A DNA stretch of 64,000 nt from the NCBI GenBank assembly GCA_963793865.1, contig CAWCBP010000014.1, positions 128,001-192,000 on the forward strand. The letters are read 5' to 3'. The DNA comes from an uncultured delta proteobacterium (GTDB lineage: Bacteria; Desulfobacterota; WTBG01). The translations under genes and the position numbers were made by a program. This document shows, piece by piece, positions 59,903-64,000 of the stretch (its first letter is position 1; every line of letters begins with the position of its first letter). Below the pieces are notes generated by a model, which searched no databases, had not been told where the DNA came from, and worked only from the letters and a program-made list of their open reading frames with translations.

Positions 59903-61813
59903 TCATCCCCACAAAGCCTCGCGCAGGCCTGAAGCGCGGATTATCCGGCGTGAGACGGCAGTCTTGAAAATCTCCTCCCTTCCCCAGACTTCAACAGCGG
60001 CCTTTGCCCTGGTGATAGCGGTATAGACAAGTTCGCGAGTCAGCACCGGGACGTCCCGGTCAGGCATAAGGAAGAGCACCTTCTCGAATTCAGATCCCTG
60101 GCTCTTGTGCACCGTCATGGCGAAAGCAGTTTCATGTTCCGGAAGTTTTGAAAGGGGAAATTTCCGGAAACTACCATCCGGTTCTGGAAAAAAAACCCGT
60201 AACTTGTCTCTGTTCTCTGGATCAGGCAGGGTAATTCCTATATCACCATTAAAGAGTTTCAGGTTATAATCATTATGGGTAATGAGGATAGGACGTCCTT
60301 GATACAGTTCATCTTTGCTTTTCTTTCTAATGTTAAATAATAAATATTCCACATGTTCATTGAGTTTCTTAATACCATAGGGACCTTCACGCACAGCGCA
60401 CAGAATTCGGAAATTGTTGAAGTGTTCAAAAACCTTAGCAGGCTCGCTCTCTTCTAAATAAGGTGTGAAGCATTCGAGTATAGTTTCCTTCAGAGCCGCA
60501 GGTAAGCTAGGAAGTTCTCTCCACTTAATATCTGTATAAGGACCTTTTGTTAGAAGTTCAAAAGCACATTCGTAGTCTGCTTTATTGACTACCTGACTCA
60601 CTTCTCCAATCCCGCTCTTGTCTTTAAACCTGTGGCTCGTCCTCAGTTGGATGATGGAATCCTGCATTCCGGAGTCACTTTGTTCATCTATATCCTCACC
60701 AATTTTCTCGCCTGTAACTTTCTGATAAGCCTCTGAGATATATCTTGAAAACTTATGGTTATTTCCCGTGTCGCAGATGTCTCCAAGCACCGCTCCCGCG
60801 TCAACTGATGCCAACTGGTCTTTATCACCCAAGAGAATCAGCCGGGCATTTAAGGGAATTGCCTGGATCAGCTTGGACATAAGCGCAAGGTCTATCATCG
60901 ATGCTTCATCCACAACCACTAGGTCCATCGGAAGGGGGTTCTTGGCATCAAAAGGGGGGTAAGGAGAATCCGGGGTCATTTTCAAAAGTCGGTGAATTGT
61001 TGATGATTTTAGATTTTGTATAACCTTCTGGATATTTTGAGGGCAGTTTATCTTTTTAAGGGCATTATTAATGGTTTCTTGCAGCCGCACGGCGGCTTTC
61101 CCCGTAGGTGCAGTAAGCGCAATCCGCAGAGATGAGGTTTGCTGCTGTAGGATAATAGCTAAAATCGAGGCCACGGTATAGGTCTTCCCCGTCCCTGGAC
61201 CACCGGAGATGACACAGAAGTTTTTCATGATGGAAGCAACGACAGCAACCTTCTGTTCTTTGGTGGTATTCTCGGGAAGTTGCTTCATCAGCCCATCTTT
61301 GAACAGCTTTAGGTTAACCTCAACAGGCGTAGTTGCAACACGCGCCTTGATGTTATCAATTAATTTCTTTTCATAGTCCCAATACCGGTAAAGATAAAGC
61401 CTCGATCCATCAAGGATTAGCGGCCTATGATCTCCAGGTTTACCGACCACCTTTTTTACATTAAGGTTTTTCAACCATTTGCCAAGTTCCGGACATAAAG
61501 TTGGATTAAGCTTCTCTTTCGATTGACCCTCAGCCTTCATGGAAATGTCAAAGCATATTTGTCCCTTCCCCCAGTGATGTTTGGTCCAAGCAGTGTCAAA
61601 GGAAAATTCCTCGCCCTTTTTAAAGGACAGTTTTATCATGGTCTCTTTCCCGGCCCGAGACGAAATGTCAAAGCATATATGTCCTTCCCCCCTATAATAG
61701 CTAGCCAAGGCCGCAGCAAGGAAAAGCTCTTTGCTGTCTTTTCCAGACATTTTCACCATAAGCTCGGCAAAATGATAGTCAATAGGTGAAAGGATAATAG
61801 GTTTATCTTCCAT
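59903..61813 (-). CDS. recD: exodeoxyribonuclease V alpha subunit
   Basis: LYLYRYW, GGPGTGKT, TIHRLL, VDEASM, TVHKSQGSEF, YTAITRA. Confidence 0.95.
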   Translation of the reverse strand: MEDKPIILSPIDYHFAELMVKMSGKDSKELFLAAALASYYRGEGHICFDISSRAGKETMIKLSFKKGEEFSFDTAWTKHHWGKGQICFDISMKAEGQSKEKLNPTLCPELGKWLKNLNVKKVVGKPGDHRPLILDGSRLYLYRYWDYEKKLIDNIKARVATTPVEVNLKLFKDGLMKQLPENTTKEQKVAVVASIMKNFCVISGGPGTGKTYTVASILAIILQQQTSSLRIALTAPTGKAAVRLQETINNALKKINCPQNIQKVIQNLKSSTIHRLLKMTPDSPYPPFDAKNPLPMDLVVVDEASMIDLALMSKLIQAIPLNARLILLGDKDQLASVDAGAVLGDICDTGNNHKFSRYISEAYQKVTGEKIGEDIDEQSDSGMQDSIIQLRTSHRFKDKSGIGEVSQVVNKADYECAFELLTKGPYTDIKWRELPSLPAALKETILECFTPYLEESEPAKVFEHFNNFRILCAVREGPYGIKKLNEHVEYLLFNIRKKSKDELYQGRPILITHNDYNLKLFNGDIGITLPDPENRDKLRVFFPEPDGSFRKFPLSKLPEHETAFAMTVHKSQGSEFEKVLFLMPDRDVPVLTRELVYTAITRAKAAVEVWGREEIFKTAVSRRIIRASGLREALWG

Positions 61814-61901
61814 ATCGATCTCTGTTTTAGGCTATTTCATAATTTGCTATCCCTCTTTTAGAGAGAGGATGAAAAATTTATGAAGAGCAAGAAATTGAAT
61901 T

Positions 61902-64000
61902 CTAGTCGAGAGGCGCTTTCTGTTTGCCTGGTGGTACTATCAGGTTTTGGCATAAAGCCTCAACCAGTTCTTCCCCGGGAAGGTCACGATAAATCCCGAA
62001 TTCATCTTCCGGGGTGGGACTCACTCCGCGCAGAAAGATGTAGAACACCCCGCCAAAATGGTCCCGGTAGCGGTATCCCGGGAGCCTTTTTTTCAGGTAC
62101 TGGTGGAGGGCCAGCACATACAGGTTGGACTGGAGCAGGTAAAAGCGCTCTTCCATCTCTGCGGCCATTCGTTCTCGGGTGTAATCTTCAACACTGTTGC
62201 CAAGGTAATTGGATTTCCAGTCCACGATATAAAACCGCTCCTTGAATCGGAAGACCAGGTCGATGAATCCTTTCATGAAACCCCGTGCCGGTGAAAAGGC
62301 AAGCTCCCCGATCCGCTCCGGAAAATGAGGGGAGACATTTTTGCTGCCGTGGTTTGCGAAGATCCTGCCCAGCGTGTCAGGTGTTATCGGCTGAAGCGGA
62401 AAGTAGAACTCAAGCTCGCTCAGCCGGTCATCCTTCCGGACCAGGGACAGGGTAAGCCTATTTCCCGACGGCTGCAGATGTGCGTTCAGCACCCGGGTGA
62501 TCATCGCCACCAGTGTATCTTCCCAGCGTGCTTCAAACCTGTATTCCCCGAGCTTCCCCGACACTGCTTTTTTGATTTCGGTGCGATCATCCTTCGCAAA
62601 ATCCAGAACCTCAAAAATTTCATGCAGGAGGCTCCCGGCTCCGGCCCCTTTGGGAAACGCGAATATGGACAAAGGATCCATATCCAGCACCGGTTCATCC
62701 TGCACAAACATCCGGTCGTGATCGGGGGTGTCGAGTACCGCGGCGGCTTGAAGGATCGGTCGATCCCCTGCCTTCGAGATGAGGCCGGAAAAACTGGCTA
62801 TCCGCCATTCTCGGCTGATAGTGCCGGAAAAGTTCCGGCAGGTTAGTGCTTCACTATCCTTTTCAGCCGGGGGAACTTCTTCCCCCGAATCCACGGGCAT
62901 GTCCGAAAGAACGATAGTACCCTTTGATGTGCGAGACAGTCTTTCCAAATCGTGACGGATGGTTTGACGATCCATCTCTGTGAAGTGACTGTCTGTAGCC
63001 TCGAGCAGATTCTCTGCCGATCCCGCAGGCGGGTGGAGGATGTAGGCCATGGAGGACGTCCCGGCATCCTTGAAATTTCCCCAGACGAGGTAGCATCGGT
63101 TCCTGGCCCTGGTGAGGGAAACATAGAGGAGGCGCAGATTTTCAGCAAGCGCCTCCTTTTCGGCTGATACCCTGTTCGAGCTTCCTTCCGGGTCGATAAC
63201 CAGCTTGAGCTTCGCGTCATCATTTTCGTCATGAAAGGCAAAAACTTCATTGGTCTTGATTCGTGACCCGCTCCAGTTAAAGGGGCAGAAGACAATGGGG
63301 TATTCCAGCCCCTTGCTTTTATGAATGGTCACGATTTTTACCGCGTTGGCGTCACTTTCCAACCGAAGCTGGTGTTCTTCCATCCGCGGTGATTCCGGGT
63401 CCCGCTGGCAGGCCAGCCATTTCAGGAGACCCGCCATACCCAGCTTTTCTTCAGTGGCCGTTTGATGAAGAACCTCGGACAGATGGAGCACGTTGGTGAG
63501 CCTTCTTTCTCCATTGGGAAGAGAAAGGAGCCGGGATCGCACCCGTTCCCTGAGCAGGAAAGAGCGGAACATGCGGATGAAACCGAAGCCGTTCCACAAG
63601 TCATGATATTCATGAAAACGGTTCAGGGCGGCCTCCCACCCCGCTTCATCACGCTGGAGCCGCTCGATCTCTTCGCCGCTCACCCCCATCATATCCGTTG
63701 CCAGCGCCCCCCTGATGAGGCCCTCACGATTCGGGTTGATGATTCCCTCCAGCACCCGGTTCATCTCCGCCGCTTCGTCGGTATCAAAAAGATTTCCAGT
63801 GCTGTAGAGGACGCTGGGTATCCTCAGTTTGGACAGCGCCTTTTGCATGAGCTGCGCTTCCCGATTGGAACGCGTGAGCACCGCTATGTCGGCTTCGCGG
63901 AGAGCATCGTCGCCTATGCGCGCCTTCCCGCTCCTGCCCAGATGAATAAGGCGTGCTATTTCCCCGGCAACAGCCTCGGGAATGCGTTTGTTGGCAAATC
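61902..64000 (-). CDS. recB: exodeoxyribonuclease V beta subunit (5' part outside the window)
   Basis: RLESD, TIHKSKGLE, RLLYVSLTRA, GFIDLVF...DWKSN; frame open to the window edge. Confidence 0.95.
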   Translation of the reverse strand, partial: FANKRIPEAVAGEIARLIHLGRSGKARIGDDALREADIAVLTRSNREAQLMQKALSKLRIPSVLYSTGNLFDTDEAAEMNRVLEGIINPNREGLIRGALATDMMGVSGEEIERLQRDEAGWEAALNRFHEYHDLWNGFGFIRMFRSFLLRERVRSRLLSLPNGERRLTNVLHLSEVLHQTATEEKLGMAGLLKWLACQRDPESPRMEEHQLRLESDANAVKIVTIHKSKGLEYPIVFCPFNWSGSRIKTNEVFAFHDENDDAKLKLVIDPEGSSNRVSAEKEALAENLRLLYVSLTRARNRCYLVWGNFKDAGTSSMAYILHPPAGSAENLLEATDSHFTEMDRQTIRHDLERLSRTSKGTIVLSDMPVDSGEEVPPAEKDSEALTCRNFSGTISREWRIASFSGLISKAGDRPILQAAAVLDTPDHDRMFVQDEPVLDMDPLSIFAFPKGAGAGSLLHEIFEVLDFAKDDRTEIKKAVSGKLGEYRFEARWEDTLVAMITRVLNAHLQPSGNRLTLSLVRKDDRLSELEFYFPLQPITPDTLGRIFANHGSKNVSPHFPERIGELAFSPARGFMKGFIDLVFRFKERFYIVDWKSNYLGNSVEDYTRERMAAEMEERFYLLQSNLYVLALHQYLKKRLPGYRYRDHFGGVFYIFLRGVSPTPEDEFGIYRDLPGEELVEALCQNLIVPPGKQKAPLD

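Overview
Bacterial chromosomal window, probably from an anaerobic Desulfobacterota/deltaproteobacterium (inferred from the PxxKW protein, AOR, cytochrome-NrfC-NrfD module and GTCATTGCGAG-type repeats). From left to right it contains: a decayed integrative element in tRNA-Leu(UAA) carrying a toxin-antitoxin pair and two fused recombinase fragments; pirin and YcaC; a sigma-54 activator; feoB-fur-dtxR; thrC and cysC; a bacterial DNA topoisomerase VI (top6B/top6A); pckG; a crtT/crtU/crtV-like trio; a complete pho/pst locus with three 4x11-bp PHO-box arrays; a 6.5-kb block bounded by a 79-bp duplication of the phoU 3' end; a multiheme cytochrome-NrfC-NrfD module; a double lipocalin; AOR; a DPS-like protein; an IS481 remnant; recD and recB. 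The most striking unannotated signal is at 21.6-22.6 kb. A sigma-70 promoter is followed by three tandem structured RNA motifs, each with its own intrinsic terminator and resembling nhaA-I/DUF1646 (Li+/Na+) riboswitches. These precede two paralogous small two-helix membrane proteins of unknown family, one too short for the ORF track. All family assignments are from motif recognition by eye; no searches were run.
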